Source: Acanthaster planci
Taxonomy: Eukaryota
DNA length: 64,000 nucleotides
Assembly: GCF_001949145.1 (NCBI RefSeq)
Contig: NW_019091361.1
Span: forward strand, 3,621,854-3,685,853
Reading direction: 5' to 3'
The translations under genes and the position numbers were made by a program. The notes beneath the pieces are model-generated. The model had not been told where the DNA came from and did no database searches. It saw nothing but the letters and a program-made list of their open reading frames with translations. Positions 1 through 13,589 of this stretch are shown here, one piece after another (position 1 is the stretch's first letter; each line of letters starts with the position of its first letter).

Positions 1-1518
1 TCAACACACAAGAATGGCTCTTTACAAGGAATGCTTTCTGACCAAAAAAATTAACTGGAAGTGGCATGATGGATCTCCTAGTAGAACTTAAGATGCACAT
101 TTCAGCAAAAGAAAAATCCCTGTTCAGAGTTTGTTTAGATTGAGCAATCCTTCAGAGACTTTAGAACTTTCAATGATGTAAACAGTGACCAAGGCCACAG
201 GAAGGTGAAGTCAAAATTGCTCCCTTTTATTACCCACAGCAAGCTCTTAAAATTTGTGGCCAGATCACTGCAGCCATGGTTACCCATACTAACATCATGA
301 CCATTTTTTTATTTTTAAATACTGGTAAGTGTAAGAAACTCAAAACAGACCTCAAACTTAAGACAATAAAGTACAAGCATCTGGAATCCTTAAAACAAAC
401 CAAAACAGTAAAAATTGAACAAAACAAGGAAAAAAGAACTTTGCAAGCAATCTCCTATTTTATTACCATGGAAAAATCTGTTGAGTTGAAAAGTTGAAGA
501 AAAAAGTGAGAAATTCAACCATAGCTTCATTGGTCTCACAAACTCTACCTACGTATAACTCTATTGGCATTATGGTAGACCTTGCCTAAGTATGAGGCTC
601 CCCCCATTCATCCAACCACTACGTATCAAACCTTTAAAATTATCTTTGAGCTCTGACTTGTTTATCAAATTCCCATCACCCAAATACATTTATATCTTCC
701 AGGTGTTCAATTCTGACGAGGTCATTGTTCTCAAGAGATCTGACAAAAGAGACACAGTTGCAAAATGATCTCCTATCCTACATATTTCTCCCAAAAGACA
801 GAAATGATGTAGCCAATGTGTACGTGTGCACATTTAATTTGTAAGGTGTTGAATGCCCTAAAAGGAATTACCCACCATGCAAGTCAAGGTACTCATTGAC
901 GTCATGTTCTCTGCCTTGAGCTTCAGTAATTCATGGCCATCAATAGTTGAGTTAATTCATTTTAGAAGAGCCAAAAGCTGCCAGCACTATCACCCAGTCA
1001 TCAATATCAACGCCTCATTTCCGAGAACCATATGGCTCCAATCAAGAGCTGCTAACTACACGTATAGGCCTACAGCTGTGGGGGAATAGTTGTTTTTGTG
1101 CCAGTTAAACCTTTTTTATTTACTCAAGAGATTTGGTTGCCAGCTAGACAAAGGGGCAAAACTAAACAATTGCATTAATTGTCCTTGCAGGTGTTGTCTT
1201 GGCCCTGTGATTTTCCATTCAAGGAAAGTTCAACATAACCCGCTCCAGGAAAAATTCAGGAACTGCAGCTGCTTGTACATGTAGCTGCGCAAGCAGCAGG
1301 GAAAAAAAAAGTTTGCCGAACCAAACCAGTTGGTTAGTGTCAGAGAAAGTTTTAATCTGCTAAAATCTTTGATCTTTACTGTCTTTTCTTTTTCTCCCCG
1401 TTTCCATATGTCTATTTATAACCACGTTAAAAGTCTTAACCAAATACGAATAATTCATAGCTAGTTGCAGAGGCACTCACTTCAAATGGGATTCCTGTTG
1501 GCCAGTTGACCCTGGCAA

Positions 1519-1615
1519 GCTTGGTGGTCTGAATGGTAAGACATCTGCTCTAGTAAGCAGGAGGTTGTGGGTTTGAGTCCCACCAGAATATAAGCTTGTG
1601 ACTTAGTTCATAAGC
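1519..1615 (+). mobile_element. tRNA-derived SINE head (tRNA-Thr AGT-like)
   Basis: A-box-like TGGTCTGAATGG, anticodon arm TGCTCTAGTAAGCA, B-box-like GGTTTGAGTCC; second copy at 42563-42662 on the minus strand. Confidence 0.65.
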
Positions 1616-1664
1616 TCACCTGGGACACTTAACACTAAGTGTAAATTTAAGTAATGTAAACAAT

Positions 1665-2804
1665 TGTAAAGGGAGCAGAGTATGCACAAGATCTTGGTGC
1701 CTGAGCATCATTGTAATAATGTGTGTAATAACCCTCGTTTTTAATAATGTTGTAAACAGCAGTGCAGGTCTGTTGAGTTTATGTTTTGTCGAAGCATGTG
1801 CCATGCTGTGCAAGTACCGTAGCGCTAGGCTAGATTAATTGGGAGTCTGGTTTTGAACTTAATGCAGTGTTGAAACAAACACCTGTGTGTGCGCGCGCCA
1901 CTGTGGAAGTTCAGCCACTGTAATGCTGTGTGCTTGTGCACTTGCATGTGTATTGGGTACAGTTTAGTGACTTTAAGTGATCAGTTGTGTAGATGAAACA
2001 GCATTAGCTAATTGCAATCCGCAAAGGTTGACTGTAGTAGTTAATTGTGTGCTTTCGTAGAATCAGTTAGGAAGGAATGACAGCAGAACATATTCTGAGA
2101 AAGACTGTGTGGCTAAAGTTAAGAGATAGGTTGCCAAGTTCTGTCCACAGGTCACCGTTATTAAGGCCCTGAGAGACTAGGCAGAGGGAGAAACGGTGCT
2201 TGCCTTAAGGCACTGGTACCTGTTATGAGAAACAGAGCAGACATTTGCAATCTGATATTTGGGTGATCTCAGGGAAGTAATCAGCCTGGTGGTGCTTCAG
2301 GCATTAAAGGGGGCCACAGTATCAGCTGGGGGGACAGGGCCACATTACAAGAACACAACATAATGTTTAAAGATGATTCTTTTTACCAATGGGGAACCAG
2401 CTTCCTGTCTGGGGGGCTGCCCCCTCGGGCCCCCCCTTGACGACGGGCCCTGAAGTCACCCCAAAACTTATAGACAGCACTCAGAGTATAGAGTGTAGAT
2501 TTGTGTAAATAAAGTAAGCATTGAGAACTGAAGAGAAGAGTACCAAAGCAGTTCCCCTTAAATCTTGCCAATAATTCTTGTTGTTCCATTCATGTTTGTT
2601 GTCCAGTCAGTCAACAAAGTCACCCATCAATTACCAATCATTGGCATAGTTCTGCCAAACGACCCTATACCCCTGAGCTTTGGATTACTTTGGATTACTT
2701 GTCAAACTCAAGGGCTAAGGCAAAGATTTAAGTTTAGGTATTAAAGGCGATTTTCCCTACAGACTGGTAAAACCTGGACTGGTTTTGGGGGAATAAATGC
2801 CACA
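1665..2804 (+). repeat. 5' LTR
   Basis: Collinear similarity to 5533-6556 (e.g. TTGTAATAATGTGTGTAATA, CTTGCCAATAATTCTTGTT, AAATGCCACA). Confidence 0.82.
2269..2452. mobile_element. ~180 bp MITE-like insertion in the 5' LTR, absent from the 3' LTR
   Basis: The 3' LTR reads TCAGTGAAGTCACC contiguously (~6096-6109). The 5' LTR has G/C-run-rich sequence ending GACGGGCCCTG between TCAG and TGAAGTCACC. Confidence 0.55.
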
Positions 2805-2807
2805 ACA

Positions 2808-2825
2808 TGGTGTCCAAAGTGAAAT
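2808..2825 (+). other. Primer binding site, probably tRNA-Leu
   Basis: TGGTGTCCAAAGTGAAAT 3 nt after the 5' LTR; 14/18 match to TGGTGTCAGAAGTGGGAT, the complement of a tRNA-Leu 3' end (recalled, not searched). Confidence 0.6.
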
Positions 2826-3129
2826 GGTTGGTATTGATTGGGTCAGTATTGTTGATCAAGACATATTTTACTGGGAAAATTGGGACAGTTTTCCCGTGCT
2901 GGCAAGTGAATCTGTGATGTTGGAATCACCGAACGGAAAGTGGCTGAGCGTTGTAAATCTTTAAGAAACAGGAAGGTTTGTGTGTGACATTTGCAAGAGT
3001 GCAACAGTATGAGTAGACAGAGTCTTCCAAGTATGGAGACAGAGCTGTAGAGTACACTTAAGTTAGAAGCCCAGTTCCTGCAGTGGGAGAGAGATCCAAT
3101 GGCAAAGGAATCAAGAAACTGCCATGCAA

Positions 3130-5050
3130 GATCAAAAAAACTCCCTAGGGAGAGAAGGGCAACTTTGTAAGGGAGTGCAAGAACCTAATAAACAACCACA
3201 GAAGAAGGAAAAAGGGGTCAAGCCACCAGTAAGGTCTATGGATGAGCTGGCAACATCAGAGGGCCCAAAAGATGGCCCGGTCACAGAGCTCAGCCAATAT
3301 ACAGGAGAAGAGATGAGAGGATGGCAAAAGGGTAGTAACCCTTCCAGTGGCCAATCTTGGTCCCCTGGGTGGACTGTTCAGTTGATGGAATAGTGAGAGG
3401 AATAAGGTGTTGGTTTTTAATTTACATACAGTATGCTCCACAGACACACTCCTCAGTGATACAATGTACTATCAAACACCCAAAGAGAAGGGACCACTCT
3501 TGGGCACAGGGAAAGTTCAAGTGAGACAGGTTGATTGTGGCTTGGGAAGGTGTGTAGGTGAGTAAGACCATGCACCCAGTCAAGGCAGTCCTCCTAGAGA
3601 TGAAGTGCCAAGGTATGTGGGTATGGACTTCCTTTTACCCACAGGTGGGTACTTAGACAGAGAATAAGCATTGTCGAAAGGAGAGGCAAGAAGCCTAGGA
3701 TACCCTCACAGAGGAGATGTTGGTGAGGGGCATAGTTGCCTAGCTAATGATTTCATGGAATGAGTTGACTGAGCTCAACTTCAGGACAAGACCATGAGTT
3801 GGGTCACATGAAAGAAAGAAAGAAAAGGGCAAGGGTCACCTGGAATGGGAGTGTCTCATCAGAACCCTTCTGAAGTTATGAGAAATACTGGCCGAGTTAG
3901 GACCAGTTGGCAGTTCAAGAAGGGGTGCTGTACAAAAGGTGGGAGTCGGACAATGTCAAATTGATCAGATGGCTATTGATTTTGCAGCAGAAACTTAGGA
4001 AAGACATCCTCAGAGAGATACATGGGTGGACAAGTCAGTGGCCACTTGAGTAAGGCACTGGCCAAAATGAAATACAGATCTTCTGGCCTGGAATGTCCAC
4101 AGATGTCACATCATTTCTGCGGAGTTGGGAGACCTGTGCAAGGTTCAAAAGGGACTCATTTAAGAGGAGAAAGTCCTCATAATACTGAGTGGATGTGCCC
4201 ATAGAGAGGGCAGTCACAGACTTGCTTGGGCCACTGCCGAAGATTGGCAGTCGAAATCAGTGGATTTTAGTAAGAGGAGATTATGCCATAAAAAGTAGAT
4301 GGAAGCATATCCCCTTCCTGATTCCGCTGTCAATACAGTAGCACCCAAGTTTAATACAGTGCAAGAGTATGTATGCTGGTTTGGTGTGCCACAAGAATTG
4401 CAGTCAGACCAGGGCACCAATTTTGAATCTCAGCTTTTCAGTGAGATTAGGTGACATCGACCAGAACAACTACTTATAATTCCAAATCAGATGGGATAGA
4501 TATGAGATTTAGCGAGACACTAGTCAACTTCGTGGCTGTTTTCAGTGATTTGAAGAGGAGGCAGAGCTATAGGATGAGATGCTCCTGATGCCACCTTTAA
4601 TTTGCGTATCAGTGCATGCCACAAGAATTGACAGGGAAATTTCAGGGGAATCCCAAAACATGATGATGTTGGGAAGGGAGGTCAGCATTCCTTTAGATCT
4701 GACCAACGGGTTTCCAGACACAGAGAACACCCAGACAGACTTTGCAGAGGACCTGCAGAGTAATATGCTAAGAAAGAGCAAGACAGTGCCTGAGTTAGAA
4801 CCCCTTGTAGGCAGAAAAGAAATTTACGACCGAAAAGGTGACAGATGGGGGCAGCAGGTCTAAAAGAGGAGTGGCTAGTATGGCTGCATGACCCTGCCAA
4901 AAAGAAAAACATGTCCCCATGCTTCAGATGCGTTGGGAGGGACAATGCAGATAGTTAAGGAGTTGTCAGATGTATCGGTAGAAGACAGCGTCAAACTGAA
5001 GCAGGGCCGTCAACTTTGTGTGGTGCGTGTAGACAAGTTAAAGCCATAAC
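3130..5050 (+). pseudogene. Degenerate gag knuckle / protease / integrase remnants of the Gypsy element
   Basis: GREG..REC-like knuckle (~3145-3180), VGMDFL protease tail (~3620), GHLSK..FWPGM integrase Zn domain (~4040-4140), FGVPQELQSDQGTNFES rve core (~4380-4430), GESQNMMMLGREVSIPLDL (~4645-4700), VWLHDPAKKK (~4880). Many frameshifts. Confidence 0.8.
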
Positions 5051-5532
5051 TTTGCAAAGTAGAGCCTAAAGAGTCAGTTCCATCAAGAGGGCAACAGAAA
5101 ACCCTCAAGTGGAAAAGACTGAAATGTGTAATACAGGGAGAGGCACAGTGTGAAACAGCGTTTCAAGATGAAGTGATGAAAACTGCTAGTGGTCATGAAA
5201 CTTTGGATCATAGGATGTCAGGAAGGCAACCCTGCGGACCACGGTAAGAATAAATCTAGTAGTGCTAGACAGAGTCCAGCGAGGCGCCAAGCAAAAGTCT
5301 TTGTTGACTTCCCCAGCAGTATCGCTGGGGAAGAAAGTTTATGATGTAGTTAGGAGTTATAAAGAGAGACACTGTACTAGGATTTTTTTTAATAGAGTAG
5401 TTCATTTTTTGGTGTTTCCTTTTGTTTTTGGTTTAGGTGGACAGGGTACCAGCCAATTAGAAGAGATGGCACAAGATGAAGGCACTTATAAAAGCCAGGA
5501 AGCATAAGTGCTTAGTGTGTCAGGCCACATAC

Positions 5533-6556
5533 TGGAAAGGGCAGAGTCTGTGGAATTAATCAAATGCATGTAGGGAAATAGCTTGTTTGGTATTAATGAC
5601 ATCATTTGTATTCAGTGTAGTTTTATTGGTGCCCATGCGTAATTGTAATAATGTGTGTAATAGCCCTTGTTTTGATGGTAGACAGCAGTACAGGACTCGT
5701 GTGAGTTCATGTTATACCTGGAGCGTGTGCCTTGCTGCGCAAGTAGCGTTAGGCTACATTAGTCGGGAGTCTGCTTTTGAATGGTTTTAGTGACTTAAAC
5801 ATCTAGTGGTATAGATTTAATAGTGCTTAAATACTGAATTGTAATCCACAAAGGTTGACTCCATCAGTCAATTGTATTCGTTCCTAGAATAGGGTATAGG
5901 AAGGACCGACAGTAGACCATACTCTGAGAGAGACTGCGTGGGTAAAATTAAGAGCTAGTTGCCAAGTTCCATCTGAAGGTCACTGATAAAGCAGGCAGTT
6001 CGAGACTAGACAAAAAGAGAATGGGTAGTTGCCTTTAGGTACCTGTTATCTAGAATCAGAGTAGACACTTGCAATCCACTAATATTTTGCATTTTTCAGT
6101 GAAGTCACCCACGTGAGGATTGCGTAGGCCAAATTATAGACCACACTGTGCAGAGTGCAGATTATAGACATTGCAGTGAAGAGTGCGGATTATTGGCAGC
6201 TTCCTATGGATTATTCGAGTGTTCTTTTATAATAAGTCTAATAATTGAAACCCAATTGTGTAAATGAAGAAACTGCTGAGAACTGATGAACAGAAGAATA
6301 TTAAACCAGTTCCCCTTTGACCTTGCCAATAATTCTTGTTATCCCATTCATGTTAGTTGTCGTGTCAGTCAACAGTCACCCATCGAGTACTAATCAGTGG
6401 TACATGTACATGTATTTCCACCAAAACAACACACATGTACTCCTACAACATGTAGGCCTTGCTGGTTAAACTCAAGGGACATGGCAGAGCTTAGGTTGAG
6501 GTGGCTTTCCCAATAAACTGGTACAACCTAGACTGGCTTGGGGATAAAATGCCACA
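5533..6556 (+). repeat. 3' LTR
   Basis: Collinear similarity to 1665-2804; ends AAATGCCACA. Confidence 0.82.
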
Positions 6557-9500
6557 GTACCTTCATCTATTCAATGTACATTGGCACGTAACATTCAATA
6601 CCGTAAAGTGTGCCACACTGACTTGTAAGTGAATGCAATTTGCTTAACTGGATTCTTTCAACAACGGAAGGCTTGGATTCAAGTGTTATTGGGAACACAG
6701 GATCTGTGATAATCAAAATGGATTTTAAGACTGAAATGAGAGTCTACAAGTTTCACCTTTGCCAGAGCCACATGGGACCCCCCAAGCTTGATTTAAAAAA
6801 AAGAAGATAAAACAATTGCGAAAACTCATAACTAAACAAAAATCTAAAAAGTTCACTTACTGATGATTGAGTACTGCAGAACTTCACCAAAATAATGATC
6901 CCTTTTTCAAATACCTTGGCAACCTGCAAGGTGCACCCTCATCAATATTAACTTGACAACTTTTTTGCCTCCACTGAAACTTCACATTTTGAAAATATGT
7001 CAGTCAGTCTGACTGACAGTCAACGGAAAACATGGGGACTCTGGCACCTCGCATCCTGTGAAATACATGCAGTTTATTTCTATATCAAACCGTCTCAATT
7101 AACGTTTCCTGACCAGGCAATACAGCTTTTTTTTCTCTCTCTCAGACAGACGACTAAATCTACCGTGTCACTGTGTCTGTGTGAAGGACCCTCTTCTTCC
7201 TCTTGATTACTGATGCAGACTCAATGTAAAAATGGGAACAGTGATAATTCCAAGAACAGGTACAGTACCAACGCTGGCGTAGCGAGCTTGATTCGTCATT
7301 TCCATACTTCATGGGGGGGGGAAACACTCCAAATCTCTAGGGAGGGTTATGAAACCAAAACAGCCACTGCACACAATCACTGTTTTTCTTATTTTTTTTT
7401 GCTCAACTCTTTTCAGCTCAACTGTTGTCATTTAGGAGGTGGGGGTGGAAATTCCAGACCACTGAAAAAAAAGGAGAACCTGGTTATGGAGCCAATGTCA
7501 TGCTGGGCTGAAAAGTACCACAGCCAAAAAATGTGGACATATGTGTGTAAATTTAGTTTCTTTCAGGCATGTATTTTAAAAGATTTTTTCCAGCTGACCC
7601 GGTACCCAGCATACCTTTAATGCACGAATCTGAGAAGTTTGTCTAGACAGTGGGGCTTTTTACTGATCAAGTCCATATAATCAAGTGCCAGTTCTGTGAA
7701 ATGTCAGCATATTAGGAAAGTGGAATTTTGCATTCCGTTTCACAGACAGATGTCTGAAAAGTACTGGTATATGTTCAATGTCATTCTAATTTGTCCAATC
7801 TATTCCAAATGGGAAGCATGCACAGAGAGGAACAAAGGTTTCCATGCCAGATTTATTTCTCTGCTGAAGGCTTCAGAGATTGTCTTCACAGTAATCAGAA
7901 TTCACGAAGCCTGCTGCACCTTAGACGGAGTGCCAGACAATCAAATTTAACCAATTCAAAAAGGGAAATGTACAAAAAAAAAACAGGTCCTGATTGATGG
8001 TGCAGTGAGATGCACTCATTTTGCCTCCAGTGCCTTGGGAGAGGCAGAGTCGTCACGGGTGGCCTTCAGATTCACAGAATTCAACATTAACCTGTACAGG
8101 TCTATAAGGATATTGTCTGATTTATTTGACGCTCAAGAACCTGCGAGACACATTTGACTAACCTCAACTCCACCCATTGAAGTTAGAGTCTAATTGGGCC
8201 ATCTGCAAACAATTGTTCATCAAACCTGCAGCAATCCATCATTCTGCAGTCTTTTGCCATCGCCCGTAATGCTGCTGGGGGCGATACATTGACAAAATGA
8301 CATTCTGTACATCTCTGATTTGTTTCTCAGTGTGTGGTAGGACCGCGAAGAATTGAAATCCCACCAGTTGGCGTAGTGCAACATGCCTCCCTTAAATCAT
8401 TTCTCCGCAATTAATCACCTTCCACTAATAACAGGAGGCAGGACCCCTAGACCCAAGAGGCAATGCCTGGTGTGATGCAATATGACTGATTCCATTTCTG
8501 AATCATAGTTAAGATCAGGCTAGACAGACAGAACCAGGGTCTGGGGAAGGGAGTGGAGGAGAATGTGACTGGGGCTAGAGTCTTGTGCCCATCCAGCTGT
8601 CCTATTAGTGGGACACATCCCACATCGTTGAACAAATTGTCAAATCTGAGATAACTATAAACCCGTACATCAGTTACAGGCAGGTATGCGGGATAGGAGA
8701 GGGGTGAGGGAGCAAAGAGGGTGGTTCCCCAATTTCTGAAATTTTACATCACCCTCGCTCACTACCGGAGAGACGGGTATAAAGATCTTCCCCTTGCTCC
8801 CCACTTTTTGAACGACTCAGCTGCCACAGAATTGTTTATAAATTTTGATTCCGAATCCAAGCACAGTTCCAAAACAGGACCCTCTAATCAAATGAAGTCC
8901 TTGCTTGTAAGTGATAAGGGACTGATGCCGATATGCCCCCTTCCCAATAACAATCCAATGACTCCAGGAACGGGCCAGGCACGCTGAGAACAGCCTGAGA
9001 TTTGGGTTCTGTCCCTGTAGGAAATCCAGCCTCTGAATCACCAGTGCACTGGGCCTGTGGGTCAGTGCCAGGGGGAAATACATATTTCACTGTCATCCTA
9101 AATTGTCGTCCATTGGGTGATGGGATTACTTGTGGAAATTCATGGCATCAATCAACCATAAACAATGCATTCAGCACACATGAATGTGACTGGTGTGATT
9201 TTGTAAGCAGATGTACATGTACACATGTACATTATAAATCCACAATATTCAACTTTACACGCACTTGTGATTAGAATGACCCGTGAAGGCCAAGTTTCAC
9301 ATTCTTTGGGTGGCCTTACAAAACCATCATTCCTGCCTGATGTCTGAGGGATTTTTCATTGGGAATTTCTCACATGGGACAGCCAAGATCACTGCTAGCC
9401 ATGCAGCCAGTCAATAATTTATGAGAGGTATGTCTCCACATAGATGAACCTTTATTAGCGGCTACAGATGGCACAATTAAAATGCCAAGTTAATCAGAAC

Positions 9501-10850
9501 TCATTAGAACTCACCTACCGATAACTCTGCATCCTGCATGTGAATGTTGACAGCTTAGCTAAAATAGCTTTAATGCCTTGCCTGAGACATTTTTCTGAGT
9601 ACTGGGGAAGCATCCTTGGGCATGACATTAAATTGACAGGCCTTGAACTTCACATCGCCTTTGCAGGTCTGAGGTCTCTGCAATGGATACTGCCCCATAG
9701 ATTTGACATATCGCAGGACACTAGTCTCAGAGCAACCAGGCTTGACATGTGGGGAAAACAAAATCATTCTAAGAAGTCTGTCTCCATTAGGCCTACCCTA
9801 AAATACATGTACAAGGTATCTCTGTGGTCAAGACAGGATAATAAGATATACTGCACTTTACCTAGGACCCCCCCCCATATCAAGTAATCTCACACCCTGT
9901 AAGACTATAATGCACCTTCAGATGGAAATGGCAGAATTTACACGTTTCGATGTCCAGAATGCGCCAAATTCACGATGATTTGATTTGATCAATCTCCCGA
10001 AACATCTCAACAGTTAAGTACATGTACATTAAAGGTCACTGAGTCATGAAACCAACGGCACTCATGGATTTCTTTCTGAAACATCCCTCCCCGGTTGAAA
10101 AAAATAAATGATTTAATTCGTCTGCACATTAGGGACTGGTGGGGAGACCACCACTGATGAAAAGCCTTCTCAGCCCCAAAGAGATGTTATTACACACTCT
10201 TGCTTTGATGGACTACATCACTAATGTTAGATTGCTGAAGGGCTGGATTTTAACAACACTGAGGTCACTGAGTACATAGACACTATTACCACACACATGC
10301 TGGCAGAGACCATTTCACTTTCAGTTTTCCTGGCAAATTTCGAGACCATCCATTTTCAGATTTTTTAAGCAGGACTGTGACAAGTGGACCCACAATTCAG
10401 CCATGGGCCTGAACTAGAAATTGTGGGGAGCAAGTTCTTGATCAACACTCGGAATTTCTTCATGACTCTTTGTAGAAATCTTTTACAAGAACTTTATTAT
10501 AGAAAATGCTGCTTGAATTCTCGGAAATCTTTGATCATTTGAACGCTGCTCAAAATTGTTCAAGCAGCATGGAGTGCGCCACTGCTCCATGCTCATGTAT
10601 CCGACTAAACCCGCATTTTTGAGAGGAGTTCTATCAAAATGACCTCAAAGCTTCCAGCAATTGTTAGTGTACAAGTCACAGATCACTTCAGAGGATGGAA
10701 AGGGAATGAGGATGAGATTGCCCCCTTGAAGGGTTAAATGCATTGTGCACCTTCTGTGCCAACAGGTGTTCTCATTCAGCTCAAATTTAGGCCACGCATG
10801 TTGCTACCCCTCCACCAATAAAATGTCACTGTATGGTCCTACCCATTTCA

Positions 10851-11071
10851 CGGCTTGGCCCAGGCTTTAAGTGCATTTGGTTTCCGGTCCACACTCGCTC
10901 TCACAGGTTTTCTCCGGGTACTCCGGTTTCCTCCTGCCTCTAAAAGTAAAACTGGACCTTCTTCCTAACTCCGTAATGTGATGCTGATTAATAAAGTGAA
11001 TGAATAAACGTACAGTTATTGGCACAAATAGCCTGAGTTGCTAAAGTGCCATTAAAACAAAACAACAACAA
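10851..11071 (+). mobile_element. 5'-truncated SINE with V-SINE-like central motif, (CAA)n tail and 12-bp TSD
   Basis: GGTTTTCTCCGGGTACTCCGGTTTCCTCC motif; tail AAAACAAAACAACAACAA; perfect direct repeat CTACCCATTTCA at 10839-10850 and 11072-11083. Confidence 0.8.
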
Positions 11072-11849
11072 CTACCCATTTCATGCCCAAAACATGACAA
11101 AACTTCTGCATGGTGATTAACTGACAAAAGTAGAGAAAGGTCAGATGCTTACACACGGGCATTTGTTTTATTGGGATGGGGGAGGGGATTTCTTAATAAA
11201 TATTAGTCCAACTTAATTGCTATGTTTATTAGGAACTTCAGGGTGAAGCCTACGGTGTATGACTTACAGGTATTTACCGGTATGTGTATCAAAGTGATTT
11301 GTATTTAAATTCATCATTTTTATCCACATCTACACAGTTTTTTTGTATAAAAAAAAGAATTTTAAATCAAAATAATGTCACTTTTCAATCGATGGCCAGT
11401 TATGAATCCCATGTCTAGGCCTATCTACCAAACATTATAAAACCTGAAAGTCTCTATATTGGCATCACAGATTTAAAAATGGCAAGCTCGGCCAAGAAAT
11501 GTGTTTTCAGTGAAATGTGACATCACCAGTTATCACCATCAAGAAAAATTACATCCATCTGTGTGATGATTCCCCTGGGTGTTTCACATTTAGCAAACTA
11601 TGGTACTTCAATGTACATGTACAATGACTTCAATCCATGGACATGCCTGGTGTTTGTTATCACAAATCTACTGCACAGAAAGTTGGCAACTTCACAACTT
11701 CCACTCCTAATATTGGCACACTGAAGTTCCAACGCTGAACATCAAGAACTCTGGGGGGGGAGAGAGGGTGCGGAGTACATTTAGAGCAGAGGCTAAGTGG
11801 TTCTGCCCTCGGAACATGCAAGAATGCATGGTGTGATTATTTATCTACC

Positions 11850-12240
11850 CAGAGAGATGTTGAAAGGAAACATCCTGCCCACCAGGATGGCAATTCTGAC
11901 AAGTCAACAACATGGAGTTGAATGAACTGCACACCATCAGACGGGTTTTTGTACTGCTGCCTGGAAAACACAGGGACGATGTTTTCTGTGCCTTTTTCAA
12001 AGACAAGCTTTGTCCAAAAAAGTCAACATACTGGTACATGAATGGCATGCATGAGGGACGACGCCAACTCTCTAGAGAACTATGTGTTTTATGTAAGTGT
12101 ACGGGTACTAGTGCATGAGTTTATGATTCACAAAAATGGGTCAGTCCAACGTGCTAGTGAGGTTGATTCATCAAATCTTAAAGACGATGACATATCAAGA
12201 CATCAGGAAATCATTCTCAAATTTTGGTTTGAGATATACC
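11850..12240 (+). pseudogene. Possible Mutator/MULE transposase fragment
   Basis: LHTIRRVFVLLPGKHRD resembles the MULE LYTI..VF.LLP.K motif, preceded by a DG dipeptide in another frame; heavily degenerate. Confidence 0.22.
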
Positions 12241-13337
12241 AAAAGATGAGTAAATACTTTTTATTAGTACAATAGAAAAGGGATCACTAATGTAGGCCTA
12301 CTACTTCTAACTCAAAATTTAAGTTTCACTTTCAGTTTAATTTTACTCTTAAATACTGGTACTGTTACCATTCTGATTATGAATGTTAATGAGGTTAGTA
12401 ATGGAATACTACTGAACAAGTGTATTTTTTTAACATTTACTTTTCTGTCTCACTAGTAGAAACATAATTTACACGGCACCGTTTTTTATTTAAATGGTAA
12501 AATGTATAAAAATGTCATTCCGTTGTACAAAATGTCATTCCATCATTCCGAAGGTTACACACTGTTATGTAACCTATGTGAAACCTTTAACCTTTCAAGG
12601 TTACATATAAAGAAATTTCCAATTTTTGGAATCCGAAAAGACAATTCTGGCCCCCTGAAAATGTGGGCCTTTATCCACTCTTGCTGCATCAGACATTAAC
12701 ACTGAAGCCATGTTAGAGGCTACTGTGCAGTGCAACACACAGAAATCATGTACATGCATGTACAGTACATGCAGTTGACATACACACAGTGAGTACAGTA
12801 GTTACGATCAATTCAGGATTCAGTATCTTTTTTTTTTTTCAATCTAGAAGACTTTTACTCACATACCTTTTAGTTTTTGTTACAATACTTATCTGCATAT
12901 TTGGAGGCCATTGTACACTCTGACCTGCATGATCCATCCCGTGAGACATCTCCATGTATGCATCCAGGATGTCAGTGGACAGTTTGGATTCTGCAAATGA
13001 AAAACCTTTTGATTATCGATCGAACAAGATGCGTAGGTGGTTTCACAGATGGGTGGGGTGGGGTCGAGGAAGCGGTGTTGGGGGTGGGGGTTGACAACTG
13101 CAGCTCATCCTGATTGAGGCTTTGCGTGGTGGCCATTTTGCAGGGTAGTTCTTTTGTTCCACAACCAAGCCTCCTTTGTGTACACCCACTGGCACAAAAG
13201 CAACAGCCTGCAAGACGGCAGCTTGCAAACACACGATTGGAAGGAGCACTGTACTGATCAAACACTGCTACATGTATATTTCATTTTTCATTATTTTCAA
13301 AATTGTCAAAGAGAAATTAGAAAGATGCCCGTCGCAC

Positions 13338-13589
13338 CAAGGGCGGATCAAGGGTGGGGGTGCCAACAGGGGCCATTATAGCCTCCAAAAAAGGAGCTAC
13401 GTTTTCTTGGAGGGGAAACAGGCCTATTGAGAGAAAGGCAATCGTTTTTAGTCTATTTCATTTCCCTCCCTTCCAGAAGTGTGCAATATGTACCCTCAAC
13501 CCTCAGAAATGTGGGCATTATAAGGTCAAAATAGGTCTCCCCAAAACAAGTTTGTCCCCCCAAAAGAAATTGTTCTTGATCCACCCTTG
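13338..13589. mobile_element. MITE with 15-bp TIRs
   Basis: CAAGGGCGGATCAAG ... CTTGATCCACCCTTG (14/15 inverted match). Confidence 0.6.

Larger units (their letters stand above)
1665..6556 (+). mobile_element. Decayed Gypsy/Ty3 LTR retrotransposon, apparently lacking RT/RNase H
   Basis: Two ~1.0-1.1 kb diverged direct repeats ending in GCCACA, a PBS after the 5' copy, and internal gag knuckle and integrase remnants. The 5' boundary is approximate and no clean TSD was found. Confidence 0.85.

Noticed and set aside
1519..1590. Functional tRNA-Thr gene
   Set aside because: The acceptor stem and T-loop are degenerate, and similarity to the second copy extends past the tRNA-like part, which fits a SINE.
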